A stretch of DNA of 64,000 nt. Origin: an uncultured Candidatus Rokubacteria bacterium (GTDB lineage: Bacteria; Methylomirabilota; Methylomirabilia; Rokubacteriales; CSP1-6). Below, in pieces: positions 40,843-52,539 of the stretch (the stretch's first letter is position 1; each line of letters opens with the position of its first letter). The translations under genes were made by a program, and so were the position numbers. Location: assembly GCA_963789955.1 (NCBI GenBank), contig CAWBMV010000001.1:544001-608000 (forward strand), written 5' to 3'. Below the pieces are notes generated by a model. It did not search any database and had not been told where the DNA came from. It saw only the letters and a list, made by a program, of their open reading frames with translations.

Positions 40843-42688
40843 TCAGTTTCGGGTCGGCTGCGCCCTGCGCTGCGCGATCCACTCGTCGATGCGCGCGTCC
40901 AGCATGTCGAGCGGCAGGGCGCCGTCGGCCAGCACGGCGTCGTGGAAGAGACGCAGATCGAAGCGCGTGCCGAGCTCGCGCGCGGCGCGCGCTCGGAGCT
41001 CGAGGAACTTGCGCTGCCCGATCTTGTAGGAGAGCGCCTGACCCGGCGAGACGATGTAGCGGTCGATCTCGACGGCGATCTCCTGCTCTGACTTGGCCGA
41101 GTTGGCCTTGAAGTAATCGATCGCCTGCTGCCGGCTCCAGCCGAAGGCATGGATGCCGGTGTCGACGACGAGCCGGATCGCGCGCCACATCTGATAGTTG
41201 AGCGCGCCGAAGTGCGCGTACGGATCCTTGTAGAAGCCCATGTCGTAGCCGAGCGTCTCGGCGTAGAGTCCCCAGCCTTCACTGAAGGCGTCGTACCCGC
41301 CGTGTCTCCTGAAGTCCGGGAAGATCCGTCTGCTCCTGGGCCAGCGCGATCTGCAGATGATGCCCGGGCACGGCCTCGTGGAGCACCAGGGCTTCCATCT
41401 CCCACTTGGGGCGCGTGCTCACGGCGGAGAGATTCGCGTAGAAATAGCCGGGCCGGCCCGCGGCCAGCGATCCACCCTCGTAGGCGCCGGCGGTCCGGGA
41501 CGCGGCGGAGGCCTCGGGCATCGCGATCACGCCGTAGGGCAGGCGCGGGAGGCGGCCGAAGAGCTTGATCACTTCGGGGTCGGCGCGCTTGGCGATCTCT
41601 CGATAGCCGGCCAGGAGGTCTTCCGGCCGGGAGTAGAAAAACCGCGGATCGCTTCGCACGAACGCGAAGAACGCTGCGAGGTCACGGTCGAAGCCTGTCG
41701 AGCGCACGACCCGCTCCATCTCGGCGCGGATCGTCTTGACCTCGTCGAGGCCGATCTCGTGAATCTGCTTCGGCGTCAGCCGCGTGGTCGTCGAGGAGGC
41801 GACCGCATAGGCGTACCAGGCCTGGCCGTCGGGCAGGGCGGTGGCCGCCAGCGACTCGCGGCAGTGGGGCACGTACTCGGTCGCGAGAAAGTCGCGGAAC
41901 CGGCGGAAGGCCGGCACCACCTGCGCCGTGAGCACCGTCGCCGCGTCGGCCTTCAGCGCATCACGCCGGTCCGCCGGAATCGACGCGGGCATCGAGCGGA
42001 AGGCCGCGAGGAACGGGCTCTTCGCGGGATCCTCGATGAGGATCGCGCCGGTCTGAGCCGGAACGTCGCGCAGGGTGATTTTCGGCGGTGTGATCCCGCG
42101 CCGGAGCCCTTCCTTCATCAGCGCGATCGTCTGATCGACCAGCACGGGCGCGCCGCGCAGGCGGCTCAGAATGGCCTCGTAGTCCGCCTCGGTGCTCGCG
42201 GGCATTTGCTCGCCGAGCATTTGCGGCACGCTCTGCTGGATCCCGCCGAGCTGATTCACGGGCATCAGCTCCCAGGGAAACCGGCGGCCCTCGAGCCGCT
42301 CCTCGACCTGGCGCCGGAAGAGATCGTAGTTGAGGCGGTCGGCCGGAGAGAGCGCCGCGCGATTGATCGAGGCGAGCGCCTTCGCGGGCAGCTCGAGGGC
42401 GGCCTTGCGCCGCGCGATGGCGTCCGGAGCGTGATCCGTCCAGCGGTCGTTCTGACCCCGGATACCGACGTAGGTGGCGTACTCCGGGAACTCCTGCATG
42501 ACGTAGTCGGTGCGAATCTGAAACAGTCGATGGAGCCGCTCCGCGTCGGGACGTTTGCCGGCGTCGGCGATCACGGCTTCGACGCCGGCCGCGAGCGATT
42601 CGGACGGCGTGGCGAGCGCGGGACCAGGAGCCGAGAAGAGCACGAGGACAATCGCCACACCGAGCCCCGCGAACACGCCGGCGATCAT
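40843..42688 (-). CDS. DUF885 family metallopeptidase-like protein (frameshift near 41310; start may be 42745)
   Basis: HEAVPGHHLQ, EGWGLYAE, RAIRLVVDTGIH, PGQALSYKIG. Confidence 0.88.
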
Positions 42689-42741
42689 CCGTCTACCGCC
42701 GCCTGCCTCCTGCCCCGCGCGGAGCGCGACGCCGACCGCGA

Positions 42742-43458
42742 TCACACCCTGCGCTGGAGGAAGTCGGTCACGATCGGCCAGGTGAGATCGGCGTAGTGAG
42801 GCTGGAAGCCATCGTTGTCGGGGTGACGGAAACCGTGGTTCGCGTCCGAGAAGGCGTGCCACTCGACGGGCTGACCGTTTGCCATGAAGCTTTCCCAGAG
42901 CGGACCCTGGATCGCCGGCGTCGCGATGAAGTCCTTGCCGCCGCAGAACACCAGCGCGGCGCACTTGAGCGTGCGCGCGAGCTTGAACGCGTGCCGCGGC
43001 CGGTGGGACGTCTCGGGCTCGTCGCGGACCGAAGGGTAATAGAGGACGAGCGCGCGCAGCCGCGGATGATCGGCCGCGAAGGGAATGAGCAACCGGCCGC
43101 CCATGCAGTGCCCGATCGCGGCGGTGCGCGCGGGATCGGAGCCCATTCGATCGACGAGGTACTGCCAGGCCTCGTCCATCTTGCCGAGGAACTCGACGTC
43201 GGAGTGCTTGGATTGCAGCTCGGCGCCCTGGCCGATGTGCGTCGTTCCCGGAACGCCGAACATGTTGAAGAGGCTCGGCACGAGCACGTTGAAGCCGAGC
43301 TGCGCGAGCCGATAGGCATCGATCTTGTAGTCGGCCGTGACGCCGTGCGCGTGATGGACCATCATGATCCCCGCGCGCTTCCCGGGCCCCTCGGGATGCG
43401 CCATGTAGCCGGGAATCCCGTCGTGCTCGAGCGTGACCATGCGCGCGACGATCGTCAT
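42742..43458 (-). CDS. Dienelactone hydrolase family protein (in frame with upstream TauD in this sequence)
   Basis: GHCMGG nucleophile elbow, GGKD, ANHGF. Confidence 0.8.
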   Translation of the reverse strand: MTIVARMVTLEHDGIPGYMAHPEGPGKRAGIMMVHHAHGVTADYKIDAYRLAQLGFNVLVPSLFNMFGVPGTTHIGQGAELQSKHSDVEFLGKMDEAWQYLVDRMGSDPARTAAIGHCMGGRLLIPFAADHPRLRALVLYYPSVRDEPETSHRPRHAFKLARTLKCAALVFCGGKDFIATPAIQGPLWESFMANGQPVEWHAFSDANHGFRHPDNDGFQPHYADLTWPIVTDFLQRRV

Positions 43459-44292
43459 GCGCGCTTCCTTGATCGACACGCGCCAGTGAATGCGGTCTTC
43501 CTCGGGCGGATAGTCACCCGCCGCCTTGTGATAGGAGCAGCGGTTGTCCCAGATCACGATGTCGCCCTTGCGCCACTTGTGGCGATATTGCCCGTCGGGC
43601 TGGATCATGTAGCCGGTCAGCTCGTCGATCACCGCGTCACTCTCCGCCGCCTCGAGTCCCTCGATCCGGAGGATCTTGCCGGGATCGAAGTAGAGCGCCT
43701 TGCGCCCGGTCTCGGGATGCGTGCGAATGATCGGATGGAAGACCGGCTTCCACTCGCGGTCCTCTTCGTTGAGGAGCGCCGTCGCCTTCCGGCGCCCGCC
43801 GTAGGTGAAGGCGCCGACCCGCCCGTCGAGACGATCCTTGAGCCGCTGCGGGAGCGCGTCGTAGGCCGCGTACATGCTGGCGAAGAACGTGTCGCCGCCC
43901 CGGCTCGGCACGGCGAGCGCGTAGAGCTGCGTCGCCTTGAACGGCTCCTGATCGTAGGCGCCGTCGGTGTGCCATCCCTCGGCGCCGCGCCGATAGATCG
44001 CCATGTCGAGCGCGCCGTCCGCGCCGAACTTGTTGACGCCGAGCAGGGTGATCTCCGGGTAGTCCGGATGGCGGGTCATCTTCGACGGGTGCGGGCTCAC
44101 GAAGCCGAAGCGGCGGCTGTAGCTCAGGAAGTCTTCGATCGCGAGATCCTGGCCCGGCACCACGACGACGTTGTGGCCGAGCCACGCGCGATAGATGTCC
44201 GCGAACGTCGCGTCGTCGAGCTTCTTGACGTCGACGCCGTGGATCTCCGCGCCGATCTGCGACCCGAGACGTTCTACCTGGACCATCGACAT
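43455..44292 (-). CDS. TauD/TfdA Fe(II)/2-oxoglutarate dioxygenase
   Basis: IGAEIHGVD, WHTDGAY (HxD), GGDTFFAS, HPETGRKAL, WDNRCSYH. Confidence 0.9.
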
Positions 44293-44304
44293 TCCTCCTA
44301 CCCC

Positions 44305-45271
44305 TCAGAACCAGTTGGCCTTGTCCACCACGTTGCGCAGCGGCAGGTCGGACAGGAAGCGGCGCGAGTTGTCCAGCAGGATCTCGAAGCGGCGCTCGTC
44401 CAGGTGCGGGCCGTGGCCGGCGGTGTGGGGCGTGATGAGGACGCCGGGCATCGTCCACAGCGGGTGATCGGCCGGCAGCGGCTCTTGCTCGAAGACGTCG
44501 AGCCCGGCGCCGGCGATCTCGCCCGCACGGAGCGCGGCGACCAGGTCGTCGAGACGCGTCGTCATGCCGCGCCCGATGTTGATGAAGAACGCGGTGCGCT
44601 TCATGAGCTGGAAGCGCGCCCGGTGCATGAAGTGCTCGGTCGCCGGCGTGTGCGGCACGGTCAGGATGACGAAGTCCGCCAGCGGCAGCAGCGAGTCGAG
44701 CGCCTCAGGCCCGTCGAGCTTCAACACGCCAGGGGGCGCTTCGCGACGCCGCGCGTCGATGCCCATGACGTGCATCCCGAACGACGGCCGCGAGCCTTGC
44801 CGCCTCGCTGCCGATCCCGCCGACGCCGACGATCAGCGCCGTGGCCTCCGGCAGGTGGATCACGCCGCCGTCATTGGGCTCCCGCCGCCACTCTCGCCGC
44901 AGCTGTCGCGGAAGGTAGTGGTGGAATCCGCGGGCGAACGCCAGGACGAACGCCATGATATGGGCGCCGATGTGGTCGTTGTAGATCTCGCGGAAGTTGG
45001 TCACGGTCGCCGTGTGTCCGATCAGCGCCGGCGAATAGTAGCCGGCCGGCGGCGCCGCCTGCGGCGCCTGGAGCCAGCGCAGGCGCCGGGCATCCCGGAT
45101 CAACGCGTCCGGCATCGTGCCGAACGCCGCCTCGGCGCCGCCGACGGCGCGCGCGGCCTCGGCCTCGGTCTCGGCCACCACGACGGAAAGCTGGGGCAGC
45201 GCGGACGCGAGCCGTGAGGCCCAGCCGCGCGTCGTCGGTGTTTGCGGGGGCAGCATCAAGAATGTCGTCAT
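44305..45271 (-). CDS. D-2-hydroxyacid dehydrogenase (frameshift near 44785)
   Basis: GVGGIG, INIGRG, AGLDVFEQEPL, ITPHTAG. Confidence 0.9.
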
Positions 45272-45333
45272 GATCTTGTCAGCGCACCACCGTGCCGCGC
45301 AGCTTAGTGGCCGCGGCGGGCGGGGTCAAGCGG

Positions 45334-46633
45334 CTAGACCGCGCGAGCGGGCGAGGGCTCGGCGGGTGGGCTGCCGGCCGGGCCTGGCGCGACGTCGCCG
45401 TCCTTGCGGCTCATGACGGCGCGCGGCAGGAATGGAATGAAGAACAGGATCAGCGCCGTCGTTCCGGCGTTGAGCCAGACGAGCTCGTGAAAGACCCAGC
45501 CGTGGCTGTCGATCAGCCACGAGCCGATCAGGTCCGAGCCGCCCAGCGCGAAGTTGCGGGCGCTCATCATCAGGGCGAACCCGAGGCTCTCGCATCCCGG
45601 CGGGGTCGATCGGACCGCCAGGTCCATGAGCGCCAGCTCCGAGCAGATCACCGCGAAGCCGACGGTCGCCGTGGATGAACGGCGCCGTCGTGTGGCTGTA
45701 CCGGAGATAGAGGAGCGTCACCGTCACGTTCAGCACGATCGCCGTCGTGAGGAGCTGCCGCAGATTGAACCGGCGGCACACGACGCCGTAGATCAGCGCG
45801 CCCAGGAGGCCGGCCGCGCCTTCGATGCTCTCCATCAGGCCGATGTAGGGCGCGCTGAAGTTCAAGGTATCCGTCTGCATGAACAGGAGTGGCGTCGTGA
45901 AGCCGGGCGAGATGTAGACGAGGGCGAGGAAGATGCCGCTCGTCCAGAGCGTCCGGGATCCGACGAGCGTGGCGAGCTCGTGAGACGCGTTGGTCAGCAC
46001 GTCCTGGTCGCGAACCGCCGCGGGCCGCTCGGTGAGGACGAAGAACGTCGTGATCGCCAGCACGAGCAGCAGCGCCGTCGCGATGCCGACTGTCCAGCCG
46101 AACGCGACCGCGGCGAGGTAGCCGCCGAGGATGCCGTTCCCCAGCGACACCACGCTCTGGAGCGCCTGGCGGATCGAGGTGATGCGGCCGGAGATGCCGT
46201 ACTTCTGACCCGCCTCGACCATGAGGCCGCCCATCACGGTGCTCGCGATGACCATGAACGCGTTGGCGCCGAAGGCCGTGAGGAGCAGCGGCAGATACGA
46301 TCGGGGCACGACGCCCATCAAGAACCAGCAGACCGCCGCCATGCCGGCGCCGAGCAGCATGTAGTGTCGGCGCCGGGTTCCAAAGAGCGGAAACGCGTCG
46401 GACATGATGCCGGCCAGCGGCTTCACGTTCCACGCGAAGGTCGCGACGACCGCGAACGCCGCGAGCGTCTGGGCCGAGAAGTGCAGCTGGTTTTTCAGGA
46501 GAAGCTGGAGCGGGAGCCGTCCGATGACGGCGGGCTGGGCGATCGTCGTGACGAAGGCGCCGAGCCCGACCATGATGTAGTACTGCCGCAGGGTGAGGCC
46601 GGTGTCCGGGATCTCGGGATTCTTCGCTTCCAG
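45334..46633 (-). CDS. MFS transporter, BT1/folate-biopterin-like (frameshift near 45665)
   Basis: WNVKPLAGIMSDAFPLFGTRRRHY, GGLMVE, ESLGFALMMS; start uncertain (in-frame CTG at 46633 after AGGAGAGG). Confidence 0.8.
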
Positions 46634-46725
46634 AGCGACCTCTCCTGTGTCCTTATATCAGGAACCGAGCGCCGGCCCCGTAAGGTCCGTGACGGCGCCG
46701 GCGACACATGGAGAGGTGAGTCTCG

Positions 46726-47920
46726 ATGCCACGGCTCGACCGGCTGCCCCAGATCTCGCGGAACAACCTTCTGACCTTTCCGGCGCAGGTCAACGACACG
46801 GCGCCGTTCGCGCGCCCGGCGAAGCCGCTTGCCGCCTGCCGGCTCGCGATCGTCACGACGGCCGGTCTCCATCGCCGTGGCGATCGCCTCTTCACGCCCG
46901 GCGATCAGACCTACCGCGTGATCGCCGTCCGAGACCCCGACGGCCGACATCATCCAGAGCCATACGAGCATCGGCTTCGATCGCGTGCCGACGATGCGGG
47001 ACGTCAACATCTCGTTCCCGATCGATCGCCTGCGCGAGCTGATCGCGCGCGGCGAGCTCGGCGCGCTCGGGCCGAGCTGCTACTCGTTCATGGGCGCTCA
47101 GCGCGAGGTCGCGCGGATCGAGAACGAGACCGGTCCCCAGGTCGGGCGCCGCCTTCGCGAGGAGGGCGTCGACGTGGCCCTGATCACGCCGACCTGACCG
47201 AACTGCACGCACACCGGGGGTGTGCTGGCCCGCGCACTGGAGCAGGCGGGGGTTTCCACGACGTCGATCAGCCTCGTCCGCGAGCACACCGAGAAGGTGA
47301 AGCCGCCGCGGGCGCTCTTCGTGCCGTTCCCGTTCGGGATGGCGTTCGGGCGCCCCAATGATCCCGGGCTCCAGCATCGGGTGCTGCGCACCGCGCTCGA
47401 GCTGCTGGCGGAGCCCGTCGGGCCGGTGCTCCGCGACTTCCCGGACGACACCGAGCCGGGCGACCAGCCGGCGGCGCCGCCCCAGGCATCGGCGATCACG
47501 CCGGCCGAGCGAGTGCTGGACGACGTCGCGACGGAGACGACGCAGATGCGCCGCTATCACGAGCGGTGGCTCGAGACGAATGGCGGCCGCACCCATTTCG
47601 GGCTCACCGGGATCCCCGCGACGCGCTTCCGCGGCGTGGTGCGCTTCCTGGAGGAATTCGCCGACGGCCGGGACGCTGACATGGCGGAGCGATCGGCGGA
47701 TGTACCGCTGCCGAATTTCATCCGCTACTGCGCGGACGACCTCAAGTCGCTGTACTTCGAGGGCCACCTGGCGATGAAAGCCACCGCGGGCGGCGAAGAG
47801 ATCGCGCGGTGGTTCTGGGGCGAGACGGGCGCGGGGCGGCTGCTCCGGCGAGTCCGTGACCGGCTCGATGCGTCGACCGATCCGCGCTGGAAGGCCGCCG
47901 CGTTCGGCATCGCGCGTTGA
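46726..47920 (+). CDS. PrdB/GrdB-like selenoprotein with UxxC motif and C-terminal extension (UGA at 47195; +1 frameshift near 46925)
   Basis: AIVTTAGLH, DVNISFPIDRL, YSFMG, VDVALITPT-TGA-PNCTHT..VLARALE, KPPRALFVPFPFG continuous through the UGA. Confidence 0.8.
47209..47225 (+). promoter_or_regulatory. Candidate bacterial SECIS hairpin GCACAC-CGGGG-GTGTGC
   Basis: 17-nt stem-loop with G-rich loop beginning after an 11-nt spacer 3' of the UGA. Confidence 0.6.
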
Positions 47921-47933
47921 CGCCCGCGCGCAG

Positions 47934-48492
47934 TCAGGGCGTGAGGCGTCCGGCGACTCGAAAGCGGCTCGAGCCCTCTGGCGTGAGCACGACCAGCTCG
48001 GCGGGCGCCGGCTGGATCCCGGTGAGCGGGAAGCACGACGGAGCCGTGGGTGACGAGCACGACGTTGCCCGCGGTCGGCCGGCGCCCCGCGAGATCGCGC
48101 AGCGTGCGTAGCTGCTCGGTCTCGGCCGCGCGGTTGTCGAAGAGGTTGCTCAGAGGCGCCCAGGGCTCCGCGGCGCCGAACGCGAGACGTGCGGTCTGCA
48201 GACACCGACACCAGGGGCTCGAGAGCACGCGGCCGACCGGAATGGAGCGCGCCTTGAACGTCGCCCCGACGCGCCGCGCGTCGTCGCGCCCCGCGTCGGT
48301 GAGATTGCGCTGCGTCGAGCAGTCGTCGAGCTTGAAGCCCGTCGGATCGCCGACACCCGGCGTCGTCACGGCGTGGCGCATGAGGATGACCTGACCGCCG
48401 CCGCGCATCAGCTCCCACAGCGCCGCCTCGTCGGCGACCGCGCGGGAGGGAATCGCGAGCCCGAGCGACACGAGCAGCAGGAACAATCGCAT
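47934..48492 (-). CDS. Histidine phosphatase family secreted protein (frameshift near 48030)
   Basis: Signal peptide, ILMRHA, QRNL, SSPWCRC.QTA, LVTHG. Confidence 0.85.
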
Positions 48493-48534
48493 CACGAGAC
48501 TCGGCGTGCGGTGGAGTGTAGCATTGGGGGCGTC

Positions 48535-49587
48535 ATGAGCCCGATCGATCGCCGGGAGCTTCTTCACGGGACGTTGGTGACGGCCGTCCTGGCCGCCGCG
48601 CGACCGGTATGGGCCCAAACGGGCGACTCGACCCGCGCCGCCATGGCGCGCGCGGCCGGCGCATTCCTCGCCGCGCTCGAACCGGGACAGCGCCGCGCCG
48701 CCATGTTCCCGTTCGCGCAGGACGAGCGCATGAACTGGCACTACGTGCCGCGCTCCCGATCCGGCGTCGCGTTCAAGGAGATGTCGGCCGCTGGCCGCGC
48801 GGCGGCGCACGAGCTGATGAGGACCACGCTCTCCGGAGTCGGCTACACGAAGGCCGTCAACGTGATGAAGCTCGAGGAGATCCTGCGCCAGCTGGAGACG
48901 TTCGGCGGACTCCTGCGCGACCCCGACAAATACTACGTGAGCGTGTTCGGTGCCCCGGAGGCATCCGCGCCCTGGGGCTGGCGCCTCGAGGGGCACCATC
49001 TCTCGCTCAACTTCACCCTCGTGCCCGGCCGTCCGATCTCGGTGACCCCGGCATTCTTCGGCGCCAATCCAGCCGAAGTACCCTCGGGGCCGCAGCGCGG
49101 CCAGCGTACGCTCGCCGCGGAGCAGGATCTCGCGTTCACGCTCGCGCGTGGTATCGATCCGAGCCTGCGCGGCCGCCTGGTGATCGCGGCCGACTCCCCG
49201 GGCGACATCGTCAGCGGGCCCGGCCGCGCCGACAGCCTCAAGACGCCGGCCGGCGTCCCGCTCGGCGAGCTCGACGCCGAGCAGCGAGCGCTCGCGCTGC
49301 GTCTGGTCGAGACGTACGCGCGGAACATGCGAACCGACATCGCCGACGACGAGCTTCGCCGGATGCGCGAGGCCGGTGTCGAGAACGTGCGCTTCGCGTG
49401 GGCCGGGCCGATCGACCCGCGGCAGCCGCACTACTATCGCCTGCACGGCCCGACGCTCCTCATCGAGTACGACAACTCGCAGAACCGGGCGAACCACATC
49501 CACTCGGTCTGGCACGATCCGCGAAACGACTTCGGCTCGGACGCGCTCCGCGCCCACTACCAGCGCTCCCACCATCGCCACGCGTGA
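48535..49587 (+). CDS. DUF3500 family protein with Tat-like leader
   Basis: DRRELL leader, WHYVP, WGWRLEGHHLSLN, YYRLHGPTLLIEYDN, NHIHSVW.D..NDFG. Confidence 0.85.
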   Translation: MSPIDRRELLHGTLVTAVLAAARPVWAQTGDSTRAAMARAAGAFLAALEPGQRRAAMFPFAQDERMNWHYVPRSRSGVAFKEMSAAGRAAAHELMRTTLSGVGYTKAVNVMKLEEILRQLETFGGLLRDPDKYYVSVFGAPEASAPWGWRLEGHHLSLNFTLVPGRPISVTPAFFGANPAEVPSGPQRGQRTLAAEQDLAFTLARGIDPSLRGRLVIAADSPGDIVSGPGRADSLKTPAGVPLGELDAEQRALALRLVETYARNMRTDIADDELRRMREAGVENVRFAWAGPIDPRQPHYYRLHGPTLLIEYDNSQNRANHIHSVWHDPRNDFGSDALRAHYQRSHHRHA

Positions 49588-49623
49588 GGGTCCCAACTCC
49601 TCGCCGCCTAGATCGGAGTGGTC

Positions 49624-50337
49624 ATGGCCATCGAGAACGTCAAGGCGCTCACGTTCGACGTCTTCGGCACCGTCGTGGACTGGCGATCGAGCCTCATTCG
49701 CGAGGGCGAGGCGCTCGGCAACAAGAAGGGGCTCGGCGTCGACTGGGCCAAGTTCGCCGACGCGTGGCGCGGGCTCTACCAGCCGGCGATGGACGAGGTG
49801 CGCAACGGCCGCCGCCCGTGGACGAAGCTCGACGATCTCCATCGCGAGAGCCTCGACAAGCTCCTGGTCCAGTTCGGCATCAAGGGCCTCTCGGAGCCGG
49901 AGATCGACCATCTGAACCGGGCGTGGCATCGCCTCGATCCCTGGCCCGATTCCGTGCCCGGCCTCACGCGGCTCAAGACGAAATTCGTCCTCGCGACGCT
50001 CTCGAACGGTAACGTCGCGCTGATCGTGAACATGGCCAAATACGGCGGGCTGCCGTGGGACACCGTGCTCGGCGCCGAGGTCGCGCACCATTACAAGCCG
50101 CAGCCCGAGGCGTATCTGACGACGGCGGCGCTCCTGGGGCTCAAACCGGGCGAGTGCATGATGGTCGCCGCCCACAACGGAGATCTCGCCGCCGCGAGCG
50201 CGGTCGGCTTGCGCACGGCGTTCGTGCCGCGGCCGAACGAGCATGGGCCCGGGCAGGCGAAGGACGTGAAGCCCGCGCGCGAATGGGACGTCGTCGCGAG
50301 CGATTTCGTCGACCTCGCGGCCCGGCTCGGCTGCTGA
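49624..50337 (+). CDS. Haloacid dehalogenase type II-like HAD hydrolase
   Basis: FDVFGTVVDW, WHRLDPWPD, LSNGN, YKPQPEAY, MVAAH. Confidence 0.9.
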   Translation: MAIENVKALTFDVFGTVVDWRSSLIREGEALGNKKGLGVDWAKFADAWRGLYQPAMDEVRNGRRPWTKLDDLHRESLDKLLVQFGIKGLSEPEIDHLNRAWHRLDPWPDSVPGLTRLKTKFVLATLSNGNVALIVNMAKYGGLPWDTVLGAEVAHHYKPQPEAYLTTAALLGLKPGECMMVAAHNGDLAAASAVGLRTAFVPRPNEHGPGQAKDVKPAREWDVVASDFVDLAARLGC

Positions 50338-50428
50338 GCCTCGCCCGGCCGTCGCGGGGTATCATAGGCGCCACTTTGCGAGCCGAGCGGCGTCGCGCTG
50401 CGAGGCGAGCGCTCCGGAGGAGCCGTAC

Positions 50429-52524
50429 ATGGCGAAGATCACCCAGTCCGTAGACCTCAGCAGCCGCGGCCGCGTGGCCGTGCTGACCGTCGACAACCCG
50501 CCCGTCAACGCGCTGAGCCAGCACGTGCGCAAAGGGCTGCACGACGGAATCAAGCAGGCGATCGCCGAGAGCGCCGTGCAGGCGATTGTCATCGTCTGCT
50601 CCGGCCGTACGTTCATCGCGGGCGCCGACATCACCGAGTTCGGCAGGCCGCCGGTCGAGCCGGGGCTCTTCGCCGTGCTCGACATGATCGAGGGCTCGCC
50701 CAAGCCGGTCGTGTCGGCGATCCACGGGACGGCGCTCGGCGGCGGGCTCGAGGTCACCCTGGCCTGTCACTATCGCGTCGGCGTGAAGAGCGCCCGCTTC
50801 GGCCTGCCCGAGGTGAAGCTGGGCATCCTCCCCGGTGCGGGCGGCACGCAGCGGCTACCGCGCGTGGTCGGTCCGCAGAAAGCGCTGCAGATGATCGTCA
50901 GCGGCGATCCGATCGGCGCCGACGAGGCGCTCAAGGTCGGCTTGATCGACGAGCTCGTGGACGGCGATCTCACCGCGGCCGGCGTCGCGTTCGCCGAGAA
51001 GGCGCTCAACGAGAAGCGGCCGCTCAAGAAGATCCGCGATCTCGACGACAAGATCGCGCCGGCGCGGGGCAAGCCGGAGATCTTCGCCGAGTTCAGGAAG
51101 AGCGTCGCGCGCCAGACCCGCGGTTTCCGCGCGCCGGAGAACTGCATCAAAGCGGTCGAGGCGGCGGTGAACCTGCCGTTCGCGGAAGGGCTCAAGCGCG
51201 AGCGCGAGCTCTTCGTCGAGCTCCTGAACTCGCCCGAGTCGAAGGCCCAGCGCTACTTCTTCTTCGCCGAGCGTGAGGCGGCCAAGATCCCCGACGTGGC
51301 GGCGGACACGCCGGCCAAGGAGATCAAGAAGGCGGCGGTGATCGGCGCCGGGACCATGGGCGGCGGCATCGCGATGAACTTCGCCAACGCCGGGATTCCC
51401 GTCACCGTCGTCGAGATGGCGCAGGACGCGCTCGACCGCGGCCTCGGCATCGTGCGGAAGAACTACGAGGCGACCGCATCACGCGGGCGGCTGACCCAGG
51501 CGGACGTCGAGAAGCGGATGGGGCTCATTACCGGGAGCGTCGACTTCAAGGCCGCCGCTGACGCCGACATCGTCATCGAGGCGGTGTTCGAGGAGATGCC
51601 GATCAAGAAGGAGGTCTTCGCCAAGCTCGACGCCATCTGCAAGCCCGACGCGGTCCTGGCGACCAACACCTCCACGCTCGACGTCGACGAGATCGCCTCG
51701 GCCACGAAGCGACCCGAGAGCGTGATCGGCACCCACTTCTTCAGCCCGGCCAACGTGATGCGGCTCCTGGAGAACGTGCGCGGCCAGAAGTCATCGAAGA
51801 CCACGATTGCCACCGCCATGACCGTCGGGCGCCGCATTGGCAAGGTGCCGGTGCTCGTGGGCGTCTGCTACGGGTTCGTCGGTAACCGCATGCTCCACCA
51901 GCGCGGCCTGCAGGCCGAAAAGCTCATCCTCGAGGGCGCCGCGCCCCACCAGGTGGACCGCGTGCTCACCGACTTCGGCTTCCCGATGGGGCCGTTCGCG
52001 ATGGGCGATCTCGCCGGCCTCGACGTCGGCTGGCGCATCCGCAAGGGGCGCGGGGCGAAGGCTCCGGTCGCCGATCGCATCTGCGAGCTCGGTCGATTCG
52101 GACAGAAGACGGGCGCGGGCTACTTCAAGTACGAGAAGGGCGACCGGACGCCGATCCCCGATCCGGAGGTCGAGGAGATCATCGTCGACGTCTCGACGTC
52201 GATGGGCATCACCCGGCGCCCGATCGGCGACGACGAGATCTTGCAGCGCCTGCTCTATCCCATGATCAACGAGGGCGCGCAAGATCCTCGAGGAGAAGAT
52301 CGCGTTTCGCGCCAGTGACATCGACGTGATCTGGGCTTTACGGCTACGGGCTGGCCCGTGGCCGATCGGGGGAGGTCCGATGTTCTGGGCTCGATCTATT
52401 CGGTCGGGACTCAAGTCCTGCGCGATGGTCTGCTCGAGTTCAAGAAACAGAGCGGTCGACGCCTTCTGGACGCCGGCGTGTTTGTTGACCAGTGGCGAAC
52501 GAGGGCAAGGGCTTCACGGAGTAG
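50429..52524 (+). CDS. Bifunctional enoyl-CoA hydratase / 3-hydroxyacyl-CoA dehydrogenase (FadB/FadJ-like; frameshifts in the last ~250 bp)
   Basis: NPPVNAL, FIAGADI, ALGGGLE, GLPEV, GAGTMGGG, EAVFE, HFFSPAN, GFVGNR. Confidence 0.92.
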
Positions 52525-52539
52525 CGCAGCGCGCGCCGA

